From: Octopus vulgaris
Lineage: Eukaryota
Length of the DNA stretch: 64,000 nucleotides
Reading direction: 5' to 3'
NCBI GenBank assembly: GCA_951406725.2
Contig: OX597818.1
Location: 48,236,001-48,300,000 of the forward strand
This document shows positions 13,337 to 25,940 of the stretch, in pieces. Below the pieces are notes generated by a model. That model saw only the letters and a list, made by a program, of their open reading frames with translations, was not told the DNA's origin and searched no databases. The translations under genes were made by a program, and so were the position numbers. Positions within the stretch are counted from its first letter, which is position 1, and every line of letters begins with the position of its first letter.

Positions 13337-13545
13337 TATTTATTTACTACCCACAAGGGGCTAAACATAGAGGGGACAAACAAGGATAGACAAACGGATT
13401 AAGTTGATTTTATCGACCCCGAAAGGATGAAAGGCAAAGTCGACCTCGGCGGAATTTTAACTCGAAACGTAAAGACGGACGAAATGCCGGTAATCATTTT
13501 GCCCGGCTTTCTAACGAGTCTGCCAGCTCGCCACCTTACAATATA
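12591..13545 (-). mobile_element. Tandem array of four SINE family B units
   Basis: Four repeats of CGAAAGGATGAAAGGCAAAGTC...GACGGACGAAATGCCGGTAATCATTTTG...CCAGCTC separated by (TA)n. Confidence 0.9.
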
Positions 13546-13921
13546 TATAAATTACCCCTTGTTCCAACTTTGTTTCCCCGTAACTTTCAGGAAAATATTT
13601 ATGTCTTTCAGCCGGTGTAGAGTGATTAAATCGGAATTTAATGTAAGAAAAAGAAATTGCTGACCGTACACATATGCATATTGATACACATCCCATACAT
13701 ATCCACAAAATGAAACTCGAAATTTTGAAAAAGATTGTGATATGTGTCCGTATGTATGTGTGGACACCCAGCAATTTATTTTTTACATTATATACCGATA
13801 TAATTGTAATCTATACCGTTTGAAAAGTAGACAATTCCATTTAAAAATATCTATTTTTCTGAAAGTTCTGAAGAAACAAAGTCGTTGAGGTGCACACTTG
13901 AACAGTTATTTTTATTTTTTG

Positions 13922-14272
13922 TACTTGTTTCAGTCATTAAACTGCAGCCATGCTGGAGCACCGCCTTGAAAAATTTTAGTCGAACGAATCCATCACAGAT
14001 TTTTTTAGGTACTTATTCTATCGGTCTCTTTTGTCGAGCCGCTAAGTGACAGGGACGAAAACACAACAAAACCGGTTATGAAGCAGTTGTGGAAGGATAC
14101 ACACGCACACACACACACACACACAATCTATGAGGTTCTTTCTGTTTCCGTCTACCAAATTCACTCCTAAAGCTACAGTAGAAGACAGTTGCCCAAGTGC
14201 CACGCAGTAAGGCTGAACCCGGAACGACGTTGTTGGGAAGCAAGCTTCTTACTGTACAGCCACGCTTGCCTA
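13922..14272 (-). mobile_element. SINE family A, diverged
   Basis: Similarity to family A. Confidence 0.75.
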
Positions 14273-14489
14273 TGTTTTTTTCCCATATTTTGTCTCTGGT
14301 CAGTACAGATTTTCGAATATGATAACCAATAATGCACAGGGAGTTTGAGATTTTCAAGAAGTTTTAAAACTTATCAACATACCACTAAATAATTTCAACT
14401 CTTGGATTGAAAGTAAATATAACAACCCTAAATGTTGTTGACACCTTCAACTGGCTTTGTTAATTAAAAATGAGTAAATTAAAAATCAT

Positions 14490-14790
14490 GTAGAGGCACA
14501 TGGCCTAGTGGTTAGAGCAGCGGTCGAGGGATCGCGAGTTCGAATCTCAGACAGGGCGATGTGTGTTTTTATGAGCAAAATACTTAAGCTCCACGCGACT
14601 CCAGCAGAAGGTAATGGCGAACTTCTGCTGACTCTTTCGCCCCAACTTTCTCTTACTCTTTTCTCCTGCATCTTGCAGCTCACCTGCGACAGACCGGCGT
14701 CCCGTCTAGGTGGGGAACCTATACGCCAAGGAAACCGGGAAACCGGCCTTAATGGGCCAGGCATGGCTCGAGAAGGAACAAACAAAAAAA
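14490..14790 (+). mobile_element. SINE family C head with V-domain-like body (tail type 3)
   Basis: Family C-like tRNA head, then CACCTGCGACAGACCGGCGTCCCGTCTAGG resembling the V-SINE domain, and an A-rich tail. Confidence 0.65.
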
Positions 14791-15457
14791 TAATTAATAA
14801 AATCATAAGAAACAATAAATATGAAACAATTCCAAGAGTCGCCTGTTGGATTTTAAATATTTTATTACTGTTTCATGGCTGTGTGGTTGAGAAGCTCGCT
14901 TAGTGAATTATGTGGTTTTGAGTTCAATTTCACTGCGCGGCATATTGGACTATTGTCTTCTACTCTAGCTCGGACCGACCAATTCCGCGTGAGTGAATTT
15001 GGTAACCAGAAACTGTGTATATATATATATTTTTTCAACCCAATATTTTACTTGCTATCACTTATAGCTTTATATGTACTTCGAGATCCAATTCCAAAAT
15101 ACAATCTTTTAATTTTTTTGAAAATCCTGTGTGCCCCTACAGTAGCAAGAGAATGACTCGACCCAAATAAAAAATATTTTATTAATTTCTACAATGGTAG
15201 TTTCTCCGACAGTTAACACTAAATGGATATGTGTGTGTGGTGGGGGCTACCGTTTGACAACCGGTGTTGGTTTGTTTACGTCTTTGTAACGTAGCGGTTC
15301 AGCAAGGGAGACAAAATAAATACTAGACTTTAAAAAATAACACTGGGATCAATTTATTCGACTAAAACTCTGGCTGTAGTCCAATAACTGAAAGAAATAA
15401 AAGATTTAGTACCTACGAACTTTCCTCTATCCTCCTATGTTTACACAATATATCAAA

Positions 15458-15756
15458 CTAGCAGTATCGCCCGGCGTTGCTCGGGTTTATAAGGGAAATA
15501 ACTATATAAGCATTTTTAGAAAGTTACTTCCCTTATAAAAATCGAGCAAAAATAGATTAAAAATGCGGAAAAATGATGGTAAATTATTTTTAAATCGTAG
15601 ACTCAATGTAGACGCGCGCTAATACCCAGAAGGGCTCCATATGAATCACGACTATAAGATACCCGGTTTTGGTTAAACTGCACCGCAAAATGTGGGAGTA
15701 GTTAGGAATCTAAATCGTAGGAGACAGACACACAACTTCAGTTTTATATATAAAGA
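15458..15756 (-). mobile_element. Helitron-like element, shorter variant
   Basis: Same CTAG/hairpin terminus and 5' segment as 8399-8934, middle missing; A^T insertion without TSD. Confidence 0.8.
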
Positions 15757-16260
15757 TTTCAAATACACAAACGCTATTTGTTTTCATTAATAAACAGGCA
15801 TTTGTCTGGATGAATCACTTGCGTTTCTTCCAAATGATTCTTAGTTTCACTATAAGACTTCGCTCTTTATTCACTCTCCTCTCCATTGGTAATTTTTGTT
15901 TTATGGTACAACCGTTCAGGCTTGACCAGTCTCGCACCACACTGAACTGGTTCACTTTTTCTTTGGCCGTCAACAATTTCTCCCCCCCCCCCCACTTGAC
16001 GTTCACCAACAGTAGCCACATAGCCTCAATGCAGTTGCTCCATCAGCTAGAAAAAACTGCCAAATCTCCCTCAATAGTGTTATGGATCTTGGCCTTTGTC
16101 CATCCTCCTTTTTTGCTTTAACATTTATAAAAAAAAAGATGATGGAAACAAATAAATTATTGAAATACGCTTTTAACAGATCGAAATACATTAGAAGCGG
16201 ATAGTGTGATCGAACAGTTATTGTTACCAAAATTAGTGGCTGTCAAGAACTCAAGATATT

Positions 16261-16686
16261 CTTTTCTACTCTAGGCATAAGACCCGAAATTTTTGGGGAG
16301 GGGCCCGTCGATTAGATCGACTCTAGAACGCAACTGGTACTAAATTTATCGACCCTGAAAGGATGAAAGGTAAAGTCAACCTCGGCGGAATTTGAACTCA
16401 GAACATAAAGACTGACGAAATATCGCTAAACATTTCACCCGGCGTGCTAACGTTTCTAATTTATTTCCCACAAGAGGCTAAACATCGACGGGACAAACAA
16501 GGACAGACAAACGGATTAAGTCGATTATATCGACCCCAGTGCGTAACTGGTACTTCTTTAATCGACCCCGAAGGGATGAAAGGTAAAGTTGACCTCGACG
16601 GAATTTGAACTCTGAACGTAGCGGCAGACGAAATACTACAAAGCATTTCGCCCGGCGTGCTAACGTTTCTGCCAGCTCGCCGCCTT
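16261..16686 (-). mobile_element. SINE family B heterodimer (two tail types)
   Basis: Two bodies in tandem within one 16-bp TSD AAGAACTCAAGATATT (16245-16260, 16687-16702). Confidence 0.85.
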
Positions 16687-16742
16687 AAGAACTCAAGATA
16701 TTATTATACCTTCTATTATTAAGATATTTTTAACCTGCAATG

Positions 16743-16930
16743 GGGCAAGCTAGCTGAATCATTTGCACGCCGGGTGAAATGCTTAGCGGCATTTCGTCTC
16801 TCTTTATGTTCGGAGTTCAAATTCCGTCGAGGTCGACTTTGCCTTTCATCCTTTCGGAGTCGATAAATTAAGTACCAATTGAGAATTATCCCCTTCCCGA
16901 AATTGTTGACCTTGTGCCAAATTCTGAAAC
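16743..16930 (+). mobile_element. SINE family B, older subfamily
   Basis: GAGTTCAAATTCC B box; GCCTTTCATCCTTTCGGAGTCGATAAATTAAGTACC central segment. Confidence 0.8.
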
Positions 16931-17878
16931 TGATATCTTTAACCTGTTATTGTTATCAGAACTGACCCTCTGGTTTGCTGGTGTCCTGGGAAAGCTGAAT
17001 TTTAGCACCTTTACACATATGATTTTTTTTTTGTATTTTCTTGAATTATCCCAAGCGTATGACGTGGCGCCCTCAAGCACGTAACGCTTCGAGCAACTAG
17101 TCGAGAATGCCAGCAAATTTTTGAGGGAAGGGGAAGTCGAATACATCAAACCCAAAGCTCAGCTAGTATTTATTTTATCGACTGTGAAGAGATAAAATAA
17201 CAAAGTGAGGACTTCGGCTGCATTTGAACTCAATACGTAAAGCCGGAAGAAATGACGCTAAGTATTTTATCCGAGTTTTAAGAGATAAAAAGTTATAAAA
17301 TAACGAATTTATTTATACAGAACATTTTCTAGTTTGATATCTGTTCTAAAAGGTGGAGAAAGGAGGGTCACTCACGCTGCAAGAACAGCTAAATCTCCTA
17401 GTAATAATGATCAAGTCACTTATTTGCTAATCTCTCCCCTTTGTTTTTCTTAAACATTTATAAGATGAAAGCAACTAAATTAGTCAAATGACAATGGTTT
17501 GGGTGTCAGGGTGTCGCTAGGATTTATTGCACCAATAATTTTCTAATTCTTGCTGCTTCTTAAAGATTCACAAACTTCTTACTCGGAAAAATAACTCAAT
17601 AGGCTTCGAGATTTATTTCATGACTAATTAAAAAAAACAGTTATGTATAAATACATATATAAAATATGAAACAAGTTATGTGTGATACTTCACTGGGTGT
17701 AAGTGAACCCCAAATGGAGATCCTTTATTCTTGGTTCATTGATTATTCCTCCTGAAATCTGGATGGGCATCGTATCCAAGGTTCACCAACTCGAAACGTA
17801 CGTGAATAAACTGCGTTTAATTGACGCTCATAATAACAAACTCTTGTCATTTGTGCTAGATAAGCCTGATCTGAAATA

Positions 17879-18441
17879 TTGGGTTGTCCGGAAAGTTCGT
17901 GCCGATTTATAGTGGCTTACCTTTCGACTTGTTTTAGAACATGGTTGAGTCCATAAAATAAGATTTGACTACACTTCCATTTAGAGCACAGTTTAAGCTA
18001 TCTTTTCGTGGAAGAAGATTTATGTTCCTATAACCTGTGTTAATTCTGTAACCCTTTAAAATAGAAGATAAAGTTCATTTTCGGTACTTGATGCTTTGGG
18101 GGCCAGACAAAAATTGCTGCAGCTCGGCTGGGATGTGTTACCCCGCCATCCATATTCACCAGATATTGCTCCTTTGGATTTCCACTAATCCAGGTCTCTT
18201 TAGAATAGTCTTAACGGTAAAAATTTCAATTTCTTGGATAACATAAAAAGATACCTTGGTGAATTCTTTGCCATTAAACCACCTCAGTTCTGGGAAGAGG
18301 GTATTTTCAAGTGAAAGGGAAGATGGAGACGCATTGTGCAACAAAATGGTTCATATTTGGTTGATTAAAAATGTAATGGCAAGTTTTAATTGACCTTTTT
18401 TTTTTCTTTTAAAATCGGCACGAACTTTCCGGAAAACCCAA
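17879..18441 (+). mobile_element. Internally deleted mariner element
   Basis: TIR TTGGGTTGTCCGGAAAGTTCGTGCCGATTT / AAATCGGCACGAACTTTCCGGAAAACCCAA; remnant LGWDVLP-HPYSPDIAP-DFH motif. Confidence 0.9.
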
Positions 18442-18444
18442 GAG

Positions 18445-19155
18445 AATCAAAAGTCATATATTCATTAATTTCTTTGGCTGCATGTGGAACAGAGAGCGCC
18501 AACGAGAGATCTCCATATGTCTCGATCTTCGGCAATGGATTGTTGTTGTCACCATATATAGTCGCTTGCCAGTGATTTAGTTTCCGGAGACCTTCTCCGT
18601 GTTGTTTTTCGTTTGCCAAGCTTCCTTGGCGTGAGAATGCTTTTCCACATCTTTCACTACAATGCTTAATGTCCAGTCTCTAATTCCCTTTTCAAAACCT
18701 GTCTCATATGTCCTCTTGGCGACATTTCAGCAGTAAATTGACATTGCACCTTCCTACTTTCTCAACTGAGCTTGGAACTGGCAATGGCGGAATTTGGCTT
18801 GACGTTTCAAGCGATCATCAAAAGCCATCAGCTGAAGACATTAATTCTGCGTTAATGCTGATAAATGTGATATTCTTCCAGTTTTTTTTCTCCATATTAC
18901 TAAGATGTTCTTTTAACGACAATATGGTTCTTAAAAGACGTTTCATTTCCCTTACGATTGACAAAAGGATTGATCTATATTTGTTTATGATGCAGTCAAT
19001 GCTGATGAATGACTGGATTATTCAGGAAACGACGTCTGAAACCACTTGACCTTTTTAAAGCTTTTGCATTTTCCGTTCCTTCCCGTCGTTTGCTTTTCTC
19101 AGCTCCTTTTACAGTAATATTTGCTTCCTGGTCAAATTTGCTAATGGAAGCCAGC
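18445..19155 (-). pseudogene. Decayed coding remnant with a C2H2-like zinc-finger fragment (possibly a non-LTR ORF2 C-terminus)
   Basis: Minus strand ~18665-18595 reads HCSERCGKAFSRQGSLANEKQH; surrounding frames broken by stops. Confidence 0.3.
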
Positions 19156-19178
19156 CACACACACACAAACACCACAAC

Positions 19179-19216
<38 letters not shown>

Positions 19217-19259
19217 GAGCTATGTATATGTGTGCGTATGTACGTGTATATGTATGTAC

Positions 19260-19293
<34 letters not shown>

Positions 19294-19757
19294 GTAGTTA
19301 CAGTGTGTGTTAGAGTGTGTGTGTGTGTGTGTATATACACAGATACACACACACACCTTTTTAAAATTGTTTGAAGCCTTCCTGTAAGGAAAGAGCTGGT
19401 TTCTAGCAAATATACAAAGCTCCATCTTTGGAATGTCGATTAACAAAAGTATTACATTTTGAACTTGAGAAATGTCTTGCATGTGTTTACTGTCCTGCTT
19501 CTTATGAATGTATGTATGCTTGCACTTAGTTTATTAAAATCCTTCCTCGAGGAAGGGAACTAATTTCTAGCAGAGAAACAAGTTCCATAAATGGAATTTG
19601 TATATTTTTACTGTTCCACTTACAGATTGTGTTTGTGAAGTTCGTGTTAGCCAGATTCTTTGCTTGAAAATCCTAGCTTTTTCCAGATTGTCACTTTAGA
19701 CATTTACGAAACCTAACCAAGTGCACCATTGATTGTTAGTATAAATGTGAATTTATA

Positions 19758-20169
19758 TATTTACTGCCCACAAGGGGCTAAACATAGAGGGGACAAACAA
19801 GGACAGACAAACGGATTAAGTCGATTACATCGACCTCAGTGCGTAACTGCTACTTTATTTATCGACCCCGAAAGGATGAAAGGCAAAGTCGACCTTTGCG
19901 GAATTTGAACTCTGAACGTAACGACAGACGAAATACCTATTTCTTTACTACCCACAAGGGACTAAACACAGAGGGGACAAACAAGGACAGACAAACGGAT
20001 TAAGTCGATTACATCAACCCCAGTGCGTAACTGGTACTTTATTTATCCACCCCGAAAGGATGAAAGGCAAAGTCGACCTTGGCGGAATTTGAACTCAGAA
20101 CGTAATGGCAGCCGAAATACCGCTAAGCATTTCGCCCACCGTGCTAACGTTTCTGCCAGCTCGGCGCCT
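19758..20169 (-). mobile_element. SINE family B tandem dimer
   Basis: Junction GACGAAATAC|CTATTTC at ~19936; single TSD ATAAATGTGAATTTATA around the dimer. Confidence 0.9.
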
Positions 20170-20391
20170 TATAAATGTGAATTTATAATCAGGGTAGTGG
20201 ACCTTCAGGTTTCGCAGTAATTGTTCATAAAATATTCCCCTTCTTGATGATTTTGGGACAGAGGTTTACGTTTAAATAGCAAGTAACTTCTATGACTGTA
20301 CACGATTTTTCTGTCCTAAATAACTATATCATACTTGTTTTGTTTGCGCTTGGTAGCGATTTTTATGGAAATGTCTCAACAATTTAATCTA

Positions 20392-21826
20392 CCGTATATA
20401 CCGGCGTACAGGACGGAATTTGAACTTTAAAAACTCATCCCAAAACTTAAAGTGTAACGGAAATTAACGTTAACCTATTAATGTTAACATTTATTGAAAA
20501 AGACATAACCCCATCGACTTTGTTGCCTTATAACTTCCAGAAAAATAAAATGGAAGTTAATGAAACTTTCACCAAATAATCGCTTATATTCTGTAGATTG
20601 AGTGTATGTAAAGATTTGTTGGGAAAAAATTTTCCGAGGAGTTGGGGAGAGGAGTTTAAGAAAATTCACAAGACCCGACATTTTCCCCTTCATTACTTTC
20701 TGGAAAATAGGTATTTTTTAATGAAATTTTATACAAATACCTTTCAAACGGTGTAGATTACGATTACAAAGAAATTTGTAGGCAAAATGTTTGGAAGGGG
20801 GCGGGAGGGGGGGGGAAGTTTCTGGAAAACGGAGTTTCGGATCAGATGGCCAATATAAGTTGGAATTTCTCCATTTTGACGGGGGATCTTTTCCCCAATG
20901 TTTTTCACCAAAGTCTTCAGAATGATGGGAGGCATCTTTTCACAAAGAAAAAGAAAAAATTTTAATAGTTTTTTCACTCCCGCCACTCCTTGTCCGAAAC
21001 GATTTGGGCCATTTTTTTTTTCACTACGCACTTAAAACCCGTGCGAGAAACATTTTCGGTTAAAAAATAAAATTAATAATTTCACAGGAAAATGTGTGAT
21101 TCAAGGGAGACCTGACTGTTGTTTCTAGCACCTCCCCAAACCTCCCTCCTGATGTCAAAGCAGTGGTGGAGACCTCGAAGTTTCGCGAGTCTTTTTTTTT
21201 TTTCATGTTATTTTGCATGCTTTCAACGAAAGTGATATCGAAATCGTTTGCGACTTTTTTTTTTCCAGAAAAGGAAAGATTTGGCTTCTATTTCTAACAT
21301 GTCCTACTACCATGTAACAGCTATTTGCGTTCACACCGAAATATTTACCAACTTTTTTCCTTCCATTTATTTTTCCCACTTTATAGAAGTCAATATTTTC
21401 TCTGACATCTAACTCAGCGAAGTCACGAATCAAGTGGAAACATATCAATCACTGTTCCCTCTTGACAGGACAAAGACATTTCCCGCTGTCTTTGCAAGCA
21501 ACAAGCGGGTGGATTTGGTTTCAAATCCAGGCAGGGCCAAACGAGGTCCTACAAGTTATTTATAATAATAAGTGGCGTCATATCTAGGTTGAAAGAATGA
21601 CGCGTACAATATTAAATATGCTAAAACAATCTGAAAACAATAGAAACTTTTAAACGTTTACCGGTTTTTACGAAATTTTGGGGTTAACGGACTTGAGTTA
21701 ACAGAAGCTAAATGTAACGGAAGTCAATTTGTCCGATAATGGTTTTCAAAGTTAACTTAAAAGTTAAATCGTTAACGAAAATGTTGACTTCGTTAATTAA
21801 CGATTAACGAATTTACACCCAGCTCT
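20392..21826. mobile_element. Nested DNA-transposon remnants (pogo/Tc2-like left end; hAT-like right end)
   Basis: TA-CCGTATATACCGGCGTA at ~20392; clustered GTTAAC(G) subterminal repeats ending CCCAGCTCTG at ~21826. Confidence 0.45.
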
Positions 21827-21931
21827 GAGTATTAAAATATACAAATTGATTATACAGTTTATTTTAATTCCTAATATATGTAGTTTTATAAATAGCGTGT
21901 TCGTGGTTTGCTGAAGGTATGAAGGTATTCT

Positions 21932-22413
21932 CATCATTATTCGACCGTGGTCGAGACAATGGAATTTACCATGCTACGCCAGACTTCACGGTCCATCATG
22001 GCATTACGGAGGGCCTGTTGCTGGATGCCTGTATCCCTGGAGATTACATCAGGGTAGGAGAGTGTGCGCCCTCTGGTATTGCGAGTAGATGGCTTCCAGA
22101 GGAGAAGAGTAGAAATTACCTCTTTTCCAGCTCTACAACAATGTCCAGCAAACTGGACTCTCTTACCTTTCACAAGAGAGGACACAGGTGGTAATTTCCC
22201 ATATATTTGCATTTTAGTTGGATGGCGCTTCCACGAGAGATTTTGAGCTCTCATAAGGAGGCGAGTGTAGGTTCCATCCAACCGCCTCTCAAGCTTCTTT
22301 GATAACGTCCAGGTTTCTGAGCCATATAGTAGAATTGGTTCAACTGTGGCTTTGAAGATTTCAAGTTTGAAGTCTCTACTTAGATTTGATGACCAGATCT
22401 TATGCATGTTGTT
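21932..22413 (-). mobile_element. 5'-truncated RTE-type LINE (ORF2 C-terminus, still open)
   Basis: KLEIFKATVEPILLYGSETWTL...RVQFAGHC...DREVWR; short ATG-repeat tail; 9-bp TSD AGGTATTCT (21923-21931, 22414-22422). Confidence 0.9.
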
Positions 22414-22686
22414 AGGTATTCTAGCAAGAACCGAAACACATGTACAGCTGTTCTCTCTCTTTCGCTGTCTATGGCTATATTGAACAAACAAGTGGTTGTA
22501 AAAACAGTGTGTTCGTTAAAAAGACTACATGCATATATGTTCTAGAATACATTATAGCAATTTATAAAGTTATTTACTTTTCGTATCTATCTATCTGTCT
22601 GTCAATCTAAGTCGACTCGGACTGAGTGTGTGTCTGTCTGTTTGCGTGGCTATATGTCTATTTATCTCTTTCTGCTTGTCTATATG

Positions 22687-22895
<209 letters not shown>

Positions 22896-23824
22896 ATCCA
22901 TAGACTTCTATCTAATATTTTTTTTACTTTTCCTTATTTGTTAAAATTTCTCTTTAACTTCTTCACTCTTTCTCGTTATTCCTCTTTCTCTCCCATGCTT
23001 TCGTCCTTCTTCTGAGGCTTCTTTCTATCCCTCCACCCCACCCACCACCACTTTCAATACACCTGTGACAATCATTTATTTTGTAGGTAGATTCGCAAGC
23101 CCACAAAATATTCGTTGGGAGTCATCGACAGTTATCTCTCCTGATCGAACATTCTCGAACAATCTAAAATATTTCAGAAAATTCCAGGCGAACATGATTA
23201 ACTCTCCCTTTGCTAATTTACTATGCATAACTTCAAAATAACACGCGGGAGGTCGCTAGTAGCACATCGTCTATCTAAGCGTGCATCCCTGCTTAAATCG
23301 GTCTCTCTTCGCTGTTTCTTCGAGACACGACAAGGTCCACCGTGACCGCATGAGATCCAGGCACATTAATTCGATATCTAATTTCCTACCAGTAACTCGT
23401 CATGGTATTCTATGTCTAGTACCCGTGGAAAGTAAATCTCGTAGCTTGATTTACTTCTTTTTACTCAAAGTTATCATGGAACATGGTCAGTTGTTCAAAA
23501 CCTTTCTTCCCAGAAATCTTTATTGAACATTGTATACTCACTGTACGAGTAAGTTTGTCACGCGTCTGAATAAAACCTTGAACGTGAAGTTTATTCGCAC
23601 AGAATGTTTTGTTGTTATTTACTGCACAGAGGACTTTCATGGTTATTGGATTTAATGATTCAGTCCAATTATTAAAGTGTTGACGTTTTTATTAGTGTCC
23701 TCTCATGCTAAAATTTAATATCTTTTCTACTTGATGCATTGAAAACTTAGGCGGTGGTCCATTCAAAACGGCACAATTGGCCACAATCTTTTTGTGTCTG
23801 ATTGTATAACACACGCGCACACTA

Positions 23825-23874
23825 TTTCTCTCTCTATCTATCTATCCCTATCTATTTCTATCGCTCTCTCTCTT

Positions 23875-23914
<40 letters not shown>

Positions 23915-24355
23915 GTCTCTTTCTCTGTCTCTCTATCTTTCTCTCTATCTTTCTCTCTATCTTTCTCTCTCTTTCTCTCCCTCTCTTTCTCTCCCTCTCT
24001 TTCTCTCCCTCTCTTTCTCTCCCTCTCTTTCTCTCCCTCTCTTTCTCTCCCTCTCTTTCTCTCCCTCTCTTTCTCTCCTTCTCTTTCTCTCCTTCTCTTT
24101 CTCTCCTTCTCTTTCTCTCTCTCTCTTTCTTTCTCTTTCTTTTTCTTTCTCTCTCTCTTTTTCTTTCTCTCTCTCTCTTTTTCTTTCTCTCTCTCTTTTT
24201 CTTTCTCTCTCTCTCTTTTTCTTTCTCTCTCTCTCTTTTTCTTTCTCTCTCTCTCTTTTTCTTTCTCTCTCTCTCTTTTTCTTTCTCTCTCTCTCTTTTT
24301 CTTTCTCTCTCTTTCTTTCTCTCTTTCTTTCTTTCTCTCTTTCTTTCTTTCTCTC
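23825..24355. repeat. ~530-bp polypyrimidine compound micro/minisatellite
   Basis: Almost pure C/T on the + strand, with units shifting from CTCTCTATCTTT to CTCTCCCTCTCTTT to CTCTCTCTCTCTTTTTCTTT. Confidence 0.95.
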
Positions 24356-24716
24356 ACACATACTGTAAAGATAAGGTTAAATAGTCCAGGAACTTACAAA
24401 GTTATTAGCAACGTATGGTATACATATACATATATATATATATATGCATTTAATCTGAAGTACTGCCTGCCAAATAAACACTGAGCTACGTATATCTGTG
24501 ATTAAAGAAGATCTCTGTAAACAAATAACTATTAATGAAGGACTAAAGTAGTTTTATTTTAGAAGTTAAAATATATTAGATAAAGGAACCGACATTGTTT
24601 TGGATCTATAAGTAAATGCATATTCGCACACATACACACCAGCACAACTCGCACAGACAGACATATAGGTACGCGCGCGCGTAATCATGCATGCATGAGT
24701 ATGTATATATAATGTC

Positions 24717-24761
<45 letters not shown>

Positions 24762-24765
24762 CATA

Positions 24766-25310
24766 CAGGGTGTCCCAAAAAAATGTATACACACCTTAAA
24801 TAATTGTAAATTTGGGTTTTATTATAATTCGAATAATTTTCAACATGTAAAAGAATTTACAAATATCATTCTATTGTCTTGTTATCGCATGTTCTCAAAC
24901 TGATGTCCGTTCTGCTCCAGACACTCCAGACACTGCTGACACCGCGAAGCGATGGAATGGCACACATCATGGAACAATTCCCTTGGGATATTCGTACATT
25001 CATGTTCAATGGTTGCCCTCAATTGAACGACTGTTGCAGGTTTCTGTGCGTAGACTTTGTCCTTTAGGTATCCCCATAAAAAGAAGTCTAGTGGTGTGAG
25101 GTCTGGTGAACATGGAGGGTATTCGACAAAACCTCTCCGTCCAATCCACCTGTTTGGCAAGATCCCATCAAGAAATGATCTAACATCGCGATGGTTGTGT
25201 GGAGGTGCCCCATCTTGCTGGAAATAAAACTCTTCCTGTTCAAAGTCCTCTCTAATGCTTGCCATGACAGACTGTTGCAGTCTGTGTATACATTTTTTTG
25301 GGACACCCTG
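24766..25310 (-). mobile_element. Tc1/mariner (DD37D/maT-like) deletion derivative retaining the transposase C-terminus
   Basis: TIR CAGGGTGTCCCAAAAAAATGTATACACA at both ends, TA flanks; FQQDGAPPH...WIGRRG...PPCSPDLTPLDFFLWGYLKDKVY. Confidence 0.92.
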
Positions 25311-25507
25311 TATATATATATATGGCTGTGAGGTAAAAAGCTTGCTTCCAAACCTCATGGGTCCGGGTTCAGTCTTAGAGCGTGGCACCTTAGTCAAGTG
25401 CTTTCTACTCTAGCCTCAGATCTACCAAATCCTTGAGTGGATTTGGTAGACGGAAACTGAAAAAAGCCCGTCGTATATATATATTGCATGTGTATGATAT
25501 ATATATA

Positions 25508-25707
25508 TTCTTTTATTCGTTTCAGTCATTTGATTGCGGCCATGCTGGAGCACCGCCTTTAGCCGAACAAATCGACGCCAAGACTTATTCTTTGTAAGCC
25601 TAGTACTTACACTATCGGTTTCTTTTGCTGAACCGCTAAGTTACGGGGACGCAAACACACCAGCGTCGGTTGTCAAGCTATGTTACAGGGACAAACACAG
25701 AGGCATA

Positions 25708-25752
<45 letters not shown>

Positions 25753-25908
25753 GGCGGGCTTCTTTCAGTTTCCGATTACCAAATCTACTCACAAGGCTTT
25801 GATCGTTCTGAGACTATAGTAGAAGACACTTGCCCACGGTGCCACTCAGTGGGATTGAACCCAGAACCATGTGAATGGTAAGCAAGCTACTTATCATACA
25901 GCCACTCC
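25508..25908 (-). mobile_element. SINE family A (a + strand head fragment lies at 25323-25475)
   Basis: Similarity to family A. Confidence 0.85.
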
Positions 25909-25940
25909 TATAAAAAATATATGTATGTATGGATGGATGT

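Noticed and set aside
12591-13545. Repeat arrays superficially like CRISPR (also 40503-41350, 55338-55730, 60860-61148)
   Set aside because: No unique spacers, no cas genes, eukaryotic context
18595-18665. C2H2 zinc-finger host gene
   Set aside because: Single defective finger amid stops and frameshifts, no linker repeats; kept only as a low-confidence remnant
19002-19045. CTGATGA...GAAACGACGTC as hammerhead
   Set aside because: Extra nucleotides before helix II and no helix I complementarity
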